Source: Amoebidium appalachense
Taxonomy: Eukaryota > Protista > Ichthyosporea
Assembly (NCBI GenBank): GCA_963693365.1
Contig: CAVNZM010000002.1
Span: 13,921,615 to 13,985,614, forward strand
Reading direction: 5' to 3'
Length of the DNA stretch: 64,000 bases
Below the pieces are notes generated by a model, which was given only the letters and a program-made list of their open reading frames with translations, was not told where the DNA came from and did no database searches. The position numbers were made by a program, and so were the translations under genes. Below, piece by piece: positions 1 to 19,023 of the stretch. Position 1 is the first letter of the stretch. Each line of letters opens with the position of its first letter.

Positions 1-665
1 GACAATATTTATGAACTTTTACTAAAAAGATATCCCCAGCATATCTGTAAGCTATCGATCAGCCGTCTACAAGAGCGCTTTGCGATCACCAATATCCATC
101 TTTAATACTACTTTATGTAGTTCAGACGAACATATATGGCATACTTAACACCTCTTGAAGAATTTGCAGAGATATATTACAGATATGTTGTGGTTAACCT
201 AAATGTATCCTTAGGATGTAGTTATGTAATATGTTATTTCAGTCTAACACGAGTTGTCGACTTTAGGACGTACTAAAAGCAACTCACCGATAGGCTAGGG
301 ATATTTTTATTGGTACATAGTGACACAAACAAGATATGCGTGAGACGTATTTACGTCATAATATAGATTCATCATCAATTGAGGAAAAGACACAATTAAT
401 ATACACTTTAGACGGCTTTAGGACGGCCTAACGTTATATATGGTCGCTCCCATAGATAGAATAATTATATATTCATAGTTCTGGTAAGAGCACCGGAAGA
501 TTTCTTGATGCAGTTTTAAAGCCATCTTTCAGGATGTTCTAAAAGTCACACTAAAAAGACCGTCGTCATCCTTAAAGTCATCTGTTGGATGGCTGGAGGT
601 TGTCGTGATGATATCTTAAACCCCCACCTCCCTCCTCCTCCCCCCCCCCCCCCCCCCACCCCACG

Positions 666-1230
666 TGAACCTTTGACGATCGATGACGACGATGAGGTGC
701 CAGACCCACAGGGTCTTTTCCTGGGGACCACCACCCACCCCACATGAACCTTTGACGATCGATGACGACGACGAGGTGCCAGACCCACAGGGTCTTGCCT
801 CCATACTTTATTTACCTTAACAGGACAAAGAGCCGGTACCCACCTATGGGTGCTAAACATGCACATGATCATTCATGTGCTATAAGAGCAACACAGAAAC
901 GAAACACGGAAACAACAGCAGCCATAGGACAAAGAGCCCCAGACCCACAGGGTCTTGCCTCCATATTTTATTTACCTTAACAGACAAAGAGCCGGTACCC
1001 ACCTATGGGTGCTAAACATGCACATGATCATTCATGTGCTATAAGAGCAACACAGAAACGAAACACGGAAACAACAGCAGCCATAGGACAAAGAGCCCCA
1101 GACCCACAGGGTCTTGCCTCCATACTTTATTTACCTTAACAGGACAAACTTTTAAGAGCCGGTACCCACCTATGAAACGAAAAACGGAAACAACAGCAGC
1201 CATAGGACAAAGAGCCGGTACCCACCTCTA
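666..1230. repeat. Nested tandem duplications (79-bp unit x2, ~160-bp unit x~2.8)
   Basis: TGAACCTTTGACGATCGATGACGACGA at 666 and 745; AGACCCACAGGGTCTTGCCTCCATA at 781, 941 and 1100. Confidence 0.9.
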
Positions 1231-1335
1231 GATGATAACGTAGCCTTATAGCTGCTGATGACTTCATGGGCCAACCTTGCCAAAACCTGTAAAGGAACTC
1301 GAGCTAAGAATTAGCTCATCCTACTTGCGAGAAGT

Positions 1336-1366
<31 letters not shown>

Positions 1367-2220
1367 GAGGGGGCTGACTGAGAGTGGCAAAAAAAGAGTC
1401 GACAGAACCAACCTCAAACATAGTAAGGACGGAAACCCGGACCAGAACTTATGAAGTCTAGAGAAGCAGAAAATAGCTTGAACGATCGGTGGAGGGGATG
1501 ATAGCTATAGTGCTAACAGCAAAAGTAGTGCCCACAGTGCTGGTTCATGAACGTGAATGGGAACGTGCATCTGCAGCCAGCAGACACACGCACACGCACG
1601 CACACACACACACATACACAGACACAGACACAGACATAATCACAGGACGGACACAGACCAGACAGACAAACGCCATATGCATAAAAGCAGGCAACACAAA
1701 ACTAACCTTCAAAGGGCAGCATGGTCCAAAACAATCAGCACGGTGGCTGCGGGATCTGCGGAGGGGATCTGTGACCGGGAAGGGAACTGCAACCAGGCGA
1801 CCTGCGGGAAGGGACCTGCGACCAGGCGACCTGCGGGAAAGGACCTGCGGACCTGCGGGAAGGGGGAAGAGAAATGGAGCAAACAACGTGCGTACAGGCT
1901 TAAATGGAGAAAAAATTGCAAACCGGATTGGGATTTAGCCAATCACTATTCGCCGCGCCTGATTAGGAAAAAGATAAAAATAGATTTCGGCTCGCGCGCG
2001 CGCGTGCATCAGCTTGGTGCCCTTAGCGCTACCCTTAGTGCCCTTAGTCACAACTATCAGACTATAGTTACGTGTCCTCCACTTCTTTGTTTTTGACCAT
2101 TTTTTCGGCATGAAAGGGTTTCTGTTACTTCTTGCTGTCCTTCTTAGCGTGCTTGCTTGTCTTTTTTTCAACATGGGTGTCACTGGCGCTTTCGACTTCT
2201 TTGAAATCACACACACACAC

Positions 2221-2252
<32 letters not shown>

Positions 2253-2278
2253 GCACGCACACACACTCACACATGCAC

Positions 2279-2310
<32 letters not shown>

Positions 2311-2927
2311 GGCGCGCACACACAGGCACGCACACACACACAGGCGCACACCTACACAACACACACAGCACATGCACACACAAGCGCACACACGCACACA
2401 CCCTGTTATCCCTGATCATGATGCCCCCTCCCCCCCTCCCTCTTCCCCCCCGCGCACCCCCCCCCCCCCCCCCCCCCACCCACCCCACCCACCCACCTAC
2501 AAAGACGAAAACATTGTACATGTATTGCATACACAAATATACTCGCACATATACATACACACATTCACTTTAATCTTTCAGGCTACATACATGTGCAATA
2601 TACATTAATTATGCACAGTCGATAGAATTCGTTGTGAAACCCCCCCCCCCCCCCCTCCCCCCCCTCCTCGTTCCCCCCATATGCAATGGGGATAATATTG
2701 TTTCCCGCTATTAATAAAAAAAATCACCGTTCTAACTTCCTAAGACCGAACCACTTGTAACACCGACAGTTTCGGTTGTGTGGAACCCCCCCCCCCCCCC
2801 CCCCCCCCCCCAAACCCACCCACCACCACCTTACCAATATTGAGGTGTACACTGCCCCCACATCCCCAACTGTGTGCTGAATATCACGTGCTAGGAAACC
2901 AATAACGTGAAAGTAACACATGCCGCA

Positions 2928-5519
2928 TGTGGGTAGTTATTGAAAAAACCAATAATGTCTAGGTAACATACTATGTACATATACTATGCTACAAAGAGGG
3001 TTCTATACGAGCTACAACGTTGTGTTTTTTTCGTGTGACCCTCGTACTATAGGGGCACATTCACCATCCCCCCCATAAACTTTATGGTAAAGTTCTCGTG
3101 CTAGAAGCTGTTCTGTGGGTAGTTATTGAAAAAACGAATAATGTCTAGGTAACACATGTACATATGCTATGCTACAAGGGGGGTTCTATTTGAGCTACAA
3201 TGTTGTGTTTTTTTTGTGTGACCCTCGTACTCCAGGGGCACATTCACCATCCCCCCCATAAACTTTGTGGTAAATCTCTCGTGCTAGAGGCTGTTCTGTG
3301 GGTAGTTATTGAAAAACCAATAATGTCTAGGTAACATATGTACATATACTATGCTACAAGGGGGGTTCTATACGAGCTACAACGTTGTGTTTTTTTCGTG
3401 TGACCCTTGTACTCCAGGGGCACATTCACCATCCCCCCCATAAACGTTGTGGTAAATGTCTTGTGCTAGAAGCTGTTCTGTGGGTAGTTATTGAAAAAAC
3501 CAATAATGTCTAGGTAACACATGGACATATACTATGCTACAAGGGGGGTCTATTCGAGCTACAACATTGTGTTTTTTTGGTGTGACCCTCGTACTCCAGG
3601 GGCACATTCCCCATCCCCCCCATAAACTTTGTGGTAAAGGTTTCGTGCTAGAAGCTGTTCTGTGGGTAGTTATTGAAAAAACCAACTTAGTAATGTCTAG
3701 GTAACACATGTACATATACTATGCTACAAGGGGGGTTCTATTCGAGCTACAATGTTGTGTTTTTTTCGTGTGACCCTCGTACTCCAGAGGCACATTCCCC
3801 ATCCCCCCCATAAACTTTGTGGTAAATCCCTCGTGCTAGAGGCTGTTCTGTGGGTAGTCATTGAAAGACCAATAATGTCTAGGTAACATATGTACATATA
3901 CTATGCTACAAGGGGGGTTCTATACGAGCTACAACGTTGTGTTTTTTTCGTGTGACCCTCGTACTCCAGGGGCACATTCACCATCCCCCCCATAAACTTT
4001 GTGGTAAAGGTCTCGTGCTAGAAGCTGTTCTGTGGGTAGTTATTGAAAAAACCAATAATGCCTAGGTAACACCTGTACATATACTATGCTACAATTGCAA
4101 GGGGGGTTCTATTCGAGCTACAATGTTGTGTTTTTTTCGTGTGACCCTCGTACTCCAGGGGCACATTCACCATCCCCCCCATAAAGTGTGTGGTAAATTT
4201 CTCGTGCTAGAAGCTGTTCTGTGGGTAGTTATTGAAAAAACCAATAATGTCTAGGTAACATACTATGTACATATACTATGCTACAAGGGGGGTTCTATAC
4301 GAGCTACAACGTTGTGTTTTTTTCGTGTGACCCTCGTACTCCAGGGGAACCTTCACCATCCCCCCCATAAATGTTGTGGTAAAGCTCTCGTGCTAGAAGC
4401 TGTTCTGTGGGTAGTTATTGAAAAAACGAATAATGTCTAGGTAACATACTATGTACATATACCATGCTACAAGGGGGGTTCTATTCGAGCTACAATGTTG
4501 TGTTTTTTTCGTGTGACCCTCGTACTCCAGGGGCAGATTCACCATCCACCCCATAAACTTTGTGGTAAATCTCTCGTGCTAGAGGCTGTTCTGTGGGTAG
4601 TTATTGAAAAACCAATATTGTCTAGGTAACATATGTACATATACTATGCTACAAGGGGGGTTCTATACGAGCTACAACGTTGTGTTTTTTTTCGTGTGAC
4701 CCTTGTACTCCAGGGGCACATTCACCATCCCCCCCATAAACGTTGTGGTAAAGGTTTCGTGCTAGAAGCTGTTCTGTGGGTAGTTATTGAAAAAACCAAC
4801 TTAGTAATGTCTAGGTAACACATGTACATATACTATGCTACAAGGGGGGTTCTATTCGAGCTACAATGTTGTGTTTTTTTCGTGTGACCCTCGTACTCCA
4901 GAGGCACATTCCCCATCCCCCCCATAAACTTTGTGGTAAATCCCTCGTGCTAGAGGCTGTTCTGTGGGTAGTTATTGAAAGACCAATAATGTCTAGGTAA
5001 CATATGTACATATACTATGCTACAAGGGGGGTTCTATACGAGCTACAACGTTGTGTTTTTTTCGTGTGACCCTCGTACTCCAGGGGCACATTCACCATCC
5101 CCCCCATAAACTTTGTGGTAAAGGTCTCGTGCTAGAAGCTGTTCTGTGGGTAGTTATTGAAAAAACCAATAATGCCTAGGTAACACCTGTACATATACTA
5201 TGCTACAATTGCAAGGGGGGTTCTATTCGAGCTACAATGTTGTGTTTTTTTCGTGTGACCCTCGTACTCCAGGGGCACATTCACCATCCCCCCCATAAAG
5301 TGTGTGGTAAATCTCTCGTGCTAGAGGCTGTTCTGTGGGTAGTTATTGAAAAACCAATAATGTCTAGGTAACATATGTACATATACTATGCTACAAGGGG
5401 GGTTCTATACGAGCTACAACGTTGTGTTTTTTTCGTGTGACCCTCGTACTCCAGGGGCATATTCACCATCCCCGCCATAAACTTTGTGGTAAATGTCTCG
5501 TGCTAGAAGCTGTTCTGTG
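2928..5519. repeat. Tandem satellite, 14 monomers of 182-189 bp, with a 6-monomer (1114-bp) higher-order duplication
   Basis: TGTGGGTAG marker at 2928, 3114, 3297, 3479, 3661, 3849, 4031, 4220, 4406, 4592, 4775, 4963, 5145, 5334. Diagnostic variants (AACTTAGTAATG, GAAAGACC, CAATTGCAAGG) recur 1114 bp apart. Confidence 0.95.
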
Positions 5520-5696
5520 TCTGATGTGTGGATGTCTGTGTATGTTGTGTGTGTGTGCATGTCTGTGTGTGTGTATGTGCTCAGTTGAAAGGGAAGGGGG
5601 GGAGAGGGGGGATGCACCGTGTGTGTGCATGTGTGCACGTGTGTGTGTGTGCTCTGTGGAGAGGGAAGGGGAGGGGGGAAATGCACCGTGTGTGTG

Positions 5697-5758
<62 letters not shown>

Positions 5759-5901
5759 GTGTGTTTGTGTGTGTGTGCATGTCTGTGTGCATCGTGTGTG
5801 TTGTGTGTGTGTGTGTGTGCATGTCTGTGCATGTGTGCATGTGCTCGGTGGAGAGGGAAGGGGAAGGGGGGGATTCGTGTCCGTGCATGTGTGCATGTGT
5901 G

Positions 5902-5966
<65 letters not shown>

Positions 5967-6043
5967 ATGTATGTGTGTGTGTATGTGCTCAGTTGAGAGG
6001 GAAGGGGAGGGGGGGGGGGTGCACCGTGTGTGTGCATGTGTGC

Positions 6044-6715
6044 ATGTTAATGCAAAGTACACACGGGGGAGTCCGTAGAATTTTTTTCCCGACGGAGGGG
6101 GGGGGGACGTGATCGGGGAATTTCAGTGTTTTCTCCAGTCCCGCATGCAACATACCAGCCTTCGTATTCAAAAAACCCAAACACCCTTTCCTTTAGCAAG
6201 TAGCTGACTTTCTCACCACCAAACGTAGATGGGGGTGGGGGGGAGTGCCCACGTTCACCCACACATCCCCACGGGCATTTGCCGGCCCATCAGGGGGGGT
6301 CCAAGAGGGGGGGGGGGGGGGTCATTCTATAGTGTGCATGTGTTGTGGAGGGAAAAAACGTGCAAAAACCCTCAGAATGGACGGATTTCGATGCAGTTTT
6401 TTTTTGTTTTCCCAATGGGAAGGTATGTTAATGCAAAGTACACACGGGGGAGTCCGTAGGATTTTTTCCCGACGGAGGGGGGAACGTGATCGGGGAATTT
6501 CAAGACGAAAAATCTAAAATCTCAATATCTGCCAAAACCCTCCGAATGGACGGGGGGGAGAGGGGGGGGGGGGGGGGAGGGGGGGGGGGAAGGGGGGGGG
6601 GGGGGGGGGGGAGGCATCAAACGTGATGGCTCACACACCCCCACTGAAATTTGCTGGCCCCATAGGTGGGGTCCATGGGGGGGGGGGTCATTGTATAGTG
6701 TGCTTTTTTTTTTGT
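6044..6715. repeat. Diverged tandem duplication (~381-bp period)
   Basis: ATGTTAATGCAAAGTACACACGGGGGAGTCCGTAG...CGTGATCGGGGAATTTC at ~6044 and ~6425; GGGTCATT(C/G)TATAGTGTGC at ~6320 and ~6686. Confidence 0.85.
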
Positions 6716-7928
6716 GGGGGGGGGGGGGGGGGGGGGGGTTACACATTGGGTGGTTATTTCCAAGGCAATGGCAACGTCCCCCCCCCCCCCCCCCCCCCCC
6801 CCCCCTCTCCCCGGCGGGCCCGCCGCTGCGCTGCGGAAGATTACTCTGATCCACTCGAATCCTTTTGTCCCAAACACAGGCTTGCAGGATAAGAAAGGCC
6901 TGCACCTTGCAAAGCTGGATGCCTATTTTGCATCAGAAGGGAACTTCGACCCCAGCCCCAGGCTTGAAGGACGTGGCCATTGCCTAAAGTACTTCCTGCC
7001 GCTACAGCTGCAGTTGTTCCTAGCGGGCTTAACGCCTGCTGAAGCACGGGGGACTCCACGGGGGGATCTGCCTCTTCCAGTGAAAAGAAAAATATTCCCA
7101 TACAACAGCTGCTATATTCGACTGCAAGAAGGTGAGGAGGGAGTGTATCTTAGGGTGGTGGGGTGTAAGGAGTTTTATGGTCGCCCCGCACTGCAGTTTC
7201 AGGTATGGTTGGCGTATTTATTCAGGACGTACTGACAGAATAGTAAGTATAGCTCTAGTATAGCGTGATGATATTCTTAGGAGCTTCCTAAGGTATGCGA
7301 TATATATCTTTGCGTTTTTTTGCGTTTTTTGTGCATTTTTTTATTTTTTATTTTTTAATGTGTTTATTTAGGGTAAATTCCACGCACCGGCCACTTGCTC
7401 CGCGCAGGCATTGCACCGTTTGCCAAGGTATCTCGCCTAATTTATAGGTACCTTAAATATTATTATAACTAAAACTTCTGTATTTGGCAGTTGAATGCCC
7501 CATTTTTTTTACTTACATTAGACGGATCATGATTGTAATGATAACAGTGCTTCGGATTCTGTTTTGCACCCCTCCAGTAAATCTTTGTTTCCATTGGCTA
7601 TCAACGCCTCGCGCGCACCTGCGCGACGCCTTCATGTTTCATGTTTCAATAAAAGCGTACCTTGTGACGCCTTCATTGTGAATGCAGTGTGAAATTCGAT
7701 CCTAAAAAACAACCAATCAAAAACGTTGGAGTGATCTATCCCACAATCAAATGCGAAATCCCTTTTCCGGCCGTATATATTGAGCTAACCCGCGCATTAT
7801 GGACCGTGGTCCTGGGTAATCGGCATTGACCGGGTGGTGAAGACGCCGTGGCTGAGGATAGCGATACGTGCTTTGCTTTTCTATCCCAGGGAACACTTAA
7901 AGATCATCTAAATCGATCCCATTGAAGC

Positions 7929-8882
7929 CTTAAAGAGGTCCTAAAGTAATCCTAACACAATACCTAATTGCAACTCTGAACATCTTTAAGCTACCCCAAA
8001 TAGGGCGTGAAGATCGCAGAAAGGTATCACCAATACTTGCCTAAGATTGCGTTAGCATATCACATGCACATACATGGCCTGTCTTGAAGATATAATTTGG
8101 ATGGCCAATAGCGCTACAAAAGAACTCTCCAAAGATCTCCTTAGATGATCCACTGCCTAGCTGTGATATATCCTGACGACATTCTAACGCAATCAGTTCG
8201 TTTCGCAAATGTTGCATGGCCATACGGGATCAAGAGAGGATAAAGATTGTACTAAGATCTCCGCAGTACATCTTTAACATATCTCTACGCCCATCCCACG
8301 AGCGCCTTGTGTCAACTTACTTGCGTGTATAATGCATCTTACACACATCTATATAATATGTATCGGTATCTCTCATAGACATCCTGTAGAATGAGTGCAG
8401 ACGTCTTAAAGAGGTCCTAAAGTAATCCTCACACAATAGCTAATTGCAACTCTGAACATCTTTAAGCTACCCCAAATAGGGCGTGAAGATCGCAGAAAGG
8501 TATCACCAATACATGCCTAAGATTGCGTTAGCATATCACATGCACAGACATGGCCTGTCTTGAAGATATAATTGGGATGGCCAAAAGCGCTACAAAGAAC
8601 TCTCCAAAGATCTCCTTAGATGATCCACTGCCTAGCTGTGATATATCCTGACGACATCCTAACGCAATCAGTTCGTTTCGCAAATGTTGCATGGCCATAC
8701 GGGATTAAGAGAGGATAAAGATTGTACTAAGATCTCTGCAGTACATCTTTAACATATCTCTACGCCCATCCCACGAGCGCCTTGTGTCAACTTACTTGCG
8801 TGTATAATGCATCTTACACACATCTATATAATATGTATCGGTATCTCTCATAGACATCCTGTAGAATGAGTGCAGACGTCTT
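7929..8882. repeat. Near-identical 476-bp tandem duplication inside a probable transposon-derived region
   Basis: CTTAAAGAGGTCCTAAAGTAATCCT starts at 7929 and 8405; both units end GAGTGCAGACGTCTT with only a few substitutions. Confidence 0.95.
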
Positions 8883-10969
8883 TAGGACATCTGTTAACTA
8901 CCCCATGTTCCGGGATGATAACAATATGTCCTCAATCCGTCCAGGATATCTTTAAGCCGTAAAAGACCACAAAATTCGAAAGACATCTTTAATATATCCC
9001 GTATGCATCCGCAACCCATCGGACAATTTAAAGGGGGGTTAAGGACATCCGGACTTGTGCTGATGGGTATAAGTGCACTTCCAGGTGTCTGTATGACATC
9101 TTGTCAGACGACTTTACTACGTCTTTAAGATGTCCACTGTCTTGAATCCATGCCAGACGTATTTAATATATATGGGATGTGTTTCAGACGCCTTGCCATC
9201 CTGAAATTCCGGGTTATCCTAAACCCGTCCTAAGCTATCTTTTAGATATATTAACGACGATAGGACGTCCTAAAGTCGTACAGGACAGGTTTCGGATGGG
9301 GGGTGATCTTTGCTGATGAGTACCCGTTTTATCAGTATCCATACCCCGGACAGATGTAGAGGTGTGCTAACAGTACAGGAACGAGCATGCATGTGTAGGT
9401 TGCACTTGTAGTACAGATCGACATCTTTAGTCACAGGCAATAGGTTGTATGATGTGTTTAGTTTATTTAGCAAAACAGGCACCCTTGAAGCCTCGTTAAG
9501 TGTACAGACTGGTTTGAAAGCTAGAGAAGGCCCCAGGGGTGGGCAATGGTGCCTCGTTACTGCAATGGTGAAAGGAACAGCGAGACCACACCCTGGTGCG
9601 TGTGCGTCAGCTTGTTCGTCTGCATATACGTCTATGCAACACGTGTCCCAAATAAAAATGCATTTTGAATTCAGAATGAAATTTGCAAGATGATACCGGG
9701 TCTAGGCTACATTCACGTGTCTAAGTCGTCGGAAACGTGTTTTATGAACCTCAGCACTTATATACTGGGGTAGCCATGTGCCAGGGCTTGCTGGGGATGC
9801 TCGAATGTTCCAGAAAAAAGCTAAAAATAGCTACCCATAAGCGCTCGATCAGCGATGACGCGAAAAGTGTCCCAAATTCGAGCGGTTTACTGTAGATTTC
9901 GGTCCGGTTCTTGTAGAGCTAAAATCTAGCTTTTTGGGTCAAGAAGGCACTTGCCATTTTGCGCGGTAATAGAATACCTTGGCTTATCTTAATGAACAAT
10001 AATAGTTTTGAAATATTATTTAAATAATTTTTATTTTGTTAAATGGGCATTTATTACCAAGTTTTATGCATTTTTGAAAAGCTATACTAATAAGGCAAAA
10101 CGCCTAGGATTGGATACGAACTTTATATGGTGCTGGCACGGCCAATCGTAAGGCGCAGGGTCAATCTGGCAATCTGGAAAGGGGGGGGGGGGGGGGTCGC
10201 CAGATTCTGGAATCTGGAAGAGGGGTCAAATTGAATCTGGCCTTAAAATTTTGTTTAAATTTTACGTTCCGATTCGATTGATCGACGAATAACCATTTTT
10301 GGCGAGGCGGCTTTTAATCTGGCAATCTGGCAATCTGGCTTTTCACACGAATCGAACCATTACGATTTTCTGGTATCATTGAGTCGGGCGCTTCACCCTT
10401 GCACTTTGCGTCGTCACAAGTACGTAGTGTTGCTTTCACCATAAAAACATTTACGTTTGGCGGAAGAAAATGAAGAACAGTTTTAATAATGTGTACATAC
10501 AACAAGTGTAGGGTAAAGCTGCCGCACAGGCGAAACGATCGGGCGCCGCGGCTCAATTTCCGGCTCTGATTTATCATGACTGGTTTCCGGATTTACGGTA
10601 TTCCTATCCGGAAACCCCAGACTTCCGTGATATTATGCGGCTTTTAAGTTCCGGTCGAATAGAGGCAAAAACGTAACTTTAACAAGACTAACAGATAAAA
10701 CCTATAGGCTTCTTAAAATTTTAAACACAAGTTCACAACATTTGTTACGTAATTGTTGAACAAACCCCACCTTCAAATTATATATTTTCAGGATTTTATT
10801 AATAGTGACGACGCTCAAAAGGAGAAGAGTTTGTGAGGTATTTGCAACCGCTCTAGCGGAACCATATACTTTGACAACAAAAAAATATAGCGCAGTAATA
10901 TAGTTATGCTAAGGCATATTAATTTTTCATTTCTAATAGATGTTTGTATATTGTTTTTCTTGTTTGCAG

Positions 10970-11530
10970 AAGGCTGTTAGGTTTTTTAGGTTTCATAACC
11001 TACTTGACCAAAATACCGGACGGGACCCCCCCCAGAAATGGCCCTTAAATTTCACGAGCACATCACCCGCCTGTCCGCTTGTGCCCCGGACCACCCGCTC
11101 TTCCGGCTACACGCATCCCTGCCGGATTCGCCCCTCTACCTCTTCCCTTCCCCATCGTCTCTGCCCATTGCCGAGCGCTATGTGGAATGGCTGGCGACCC
11201 CCCCGGAGGTACGGCTAGATCATAGTGTGAATATGAATAGTTTCAAGTCTATGGCTGATAGATATCTATTTACTCTACGTGTTGAGTCCCTTCCGGTGTT
11301 AGGACCGCAAAAACACCAACTACTAACTTTCTTTCGGAGCTACCGATGCTAGCATCTGCTTACCCATAATATGTAATAGGGGTGTCAGATACTACGATGG
11401 CGCTCATTGTTGCCTAGCATGTACATATGTCACTGGCTGCATTTGATTGGCTGTGCTGGAAAACGCAGTAGGCCGTCGAATGTGGCTGGGCCTCCGGCAG
11501 TGTCCACGCAATAAAAAGTGTGTAGACCCC
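10970..11530 (+). mobile_element. Truncated non-LTR retrotransposon relic (post-RT region plus putative 3' end)
   Basis: ALKFHEHITRLSACAPDHPLF...IAERYVEWLATPPEVRLDHS aligns by eye with ALKFNKHKSRLKNYLPSHPLF...IITQYNKWKKMPHGTRPDES of the 20.4-21.2 kb LINE. Ends AATAAAAAGTGTGTAGACCCC (11510-11530). Confidence 0.65.
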
Positions 11531-12674
11531 AAATGGCCATCGTGGGAGGCCCTATTGAATTCCCTTAGACCTACTGTAGACAGCAGACCTAGGCTCTGCC
11601 AGGCAGGTCAAGCGTCTTTAACCATTAAGGACTGCCTATTTCTTCATACAGGAACTTTGCTGAAGGCTCAAGTATTAATCACGTTTACTTTTCTCGACCG
11701 CAGTTGCAAAGCGAATCATACATCTCTCTCCCGACGGCTACACATGCTCCCCAGCTGTTTGAACCGTGACCCCGGCCCAACGACCGTTCTCTGAGGGGAG
11801 GCCCATGAGTTCCCGGATCGCGGAAATTGAAACGCAAACATTTATGTTCGCTCTGTTTTGATTGGTTCATTTTGAAGCTTCTGTCCAAAAATGGAAGGTA
11901 AATGACCGAGACCACTGGCTTATGAAAGTTATCCTTGATAATAGCTTTTTCTCAACAGAGGGCATGCATGCATTGCATACATATAAGTAGAAATGCACGT
12001 TTTTGTTTGAATTTTTAACATGCATAGAAATAATATCCAATTTGGCATAAGATCTTTTATTATCATTAATTATTTAAATATATTATGGTGCAAAAGACAA
12101 TTGTTTACATAGGCGAGTTGGGAGGTTTCGAAACAGTCCGTTTCGATCCATTTACGAGGATTGTCGGCTATAAATGGTTCGAACGGCAACGTTACAGTTC
12201 CAAAACGTAGCACCGAGTAACACGTTTTGTTCTGTAAGAATCCACCTTCCTACGCTGCTGACTCCGAGCCACTAACATAGGCAACCTGCGCATACTAATT
12301 CTTGTGTAACCTTGTTGTTTAGGCTCTAAGTATAAAATATAACAAGAGTATAGAAATATCCGTAAATATTTAGTGTTACTGCTGAAAATCAGAACCAAAC
12401 ACAAGGTTTATAACACAAGCCTGCATAAGAGATCAAACCACATAGCGTGGGTGCTTGTATTTGTAGGACTCAAGCTCAGAGGGTACCCTGAAGTTCTCAG
12501 TATAGTCTTTAGATCTTGATATCTGTAAAGACATCATCGACAGTTTTCACTTGTGAGTGAAGTCTGTCTAGCGGGGGTTTAACCGAGACACCCATCTTCA
12601 CAAAGCACAAGAGCAGGTGCAGGAAAAGTATAGACGGACACGCCTTCTAGAGATTCCACTAAACTGGTTGATAG

Positions 12675-18339
<5,665 letters not shown>

Positions 18340-18445
18340 GGTGCGGTAGAACATGGGTGGGAAAGGGTGTGGGGAGTGGGGGAAGGGGGAGGGGTGGGGA
18401 GAGGGAGGGGAGGATGGGGGGGAGGGGTGTGTGTGTGTGTGTGTG

Positions 18446-18488
<43 letters not shown>

Positions 18489-18669
18489 CTAGGTGGGTGA
18501 GAAAAGACCATGTGTTCATGATTATGCGGTATGTTTGGTGGGTGGCTTGTTTGTTTGATACCGTGCCTACAGGTTAGGAGCTTTTGCTTTCTGAGGTGCA
18601 TGTAGGATGTAGTTCATGCGGATGACTGAGCATGGATATTTGGTTTTGACTCTTTTCTTTTTTTCCTTC

Positions 18670-18700
<31 letters not shown>

Positions 18701-18718
18701 TTGGGGGGGGGGGGGCTT

Positions 18719-18820
18719 TGCGTTTGGCGGTGTAGGGATCATAAAACTTGGCTTGCGCTTGGCGGTCTAGGGATCATAAAACTCGGCTTGCGTTTGGCGG
18801 TGTAGGGATCATAAAGCTCG
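18719..18820. repeat. 35-bp tandem repeat x3 downstream of IPMK
   Basis: TAGGGATCATAAA at 18733, 18768 and 18803. Confidence 0.9.
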
Positions 18821-19023
18821 TGGTCTCGGTTTTCCCCGTGTCTATCTTCTCCATTTTTGTATTCTTTTGTGTATGTCTTCTTTGTATTCTTTTGTGTATG
18901 TCTTCTTTGACTGTCGGTGTGACTTAGTCATGCATGTCTGTCACCTTGACAGGACTATCGAGTTCACTTTGGGATGATATGATATTGGGATTGGGGTACA
19001 TGTATTTGATATTTTGCATTTTT

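Noticed and set aside
2018-2050. CCCTTAG x3 telomere-like motif
   Set aside because: Only three spaced copies; no telomeric array in the window.
2110-2415. ORF starting with a signal-peptide-like MKGFLLLLAVLLSVLACLFF after CCAAT boxes
   Set aside because: Runs into (CA)n with no convincing donor or downstream exon; T-rich DNA readily gives hydrophobic peptides.
2928-5519. CRISPR-like array or tandem RNA genes (5S, SL, hammerhead)
   Set aside because: Whole monomers are conserved with no unique spacers, no cas genes, and no recognisable 5S, Sm-site or hammerhead core.
10160-10340. AATCTGGC octamer repeats
   Set aside because: Probably MITE subterminal repeats, but termini and TSD could not be defined.
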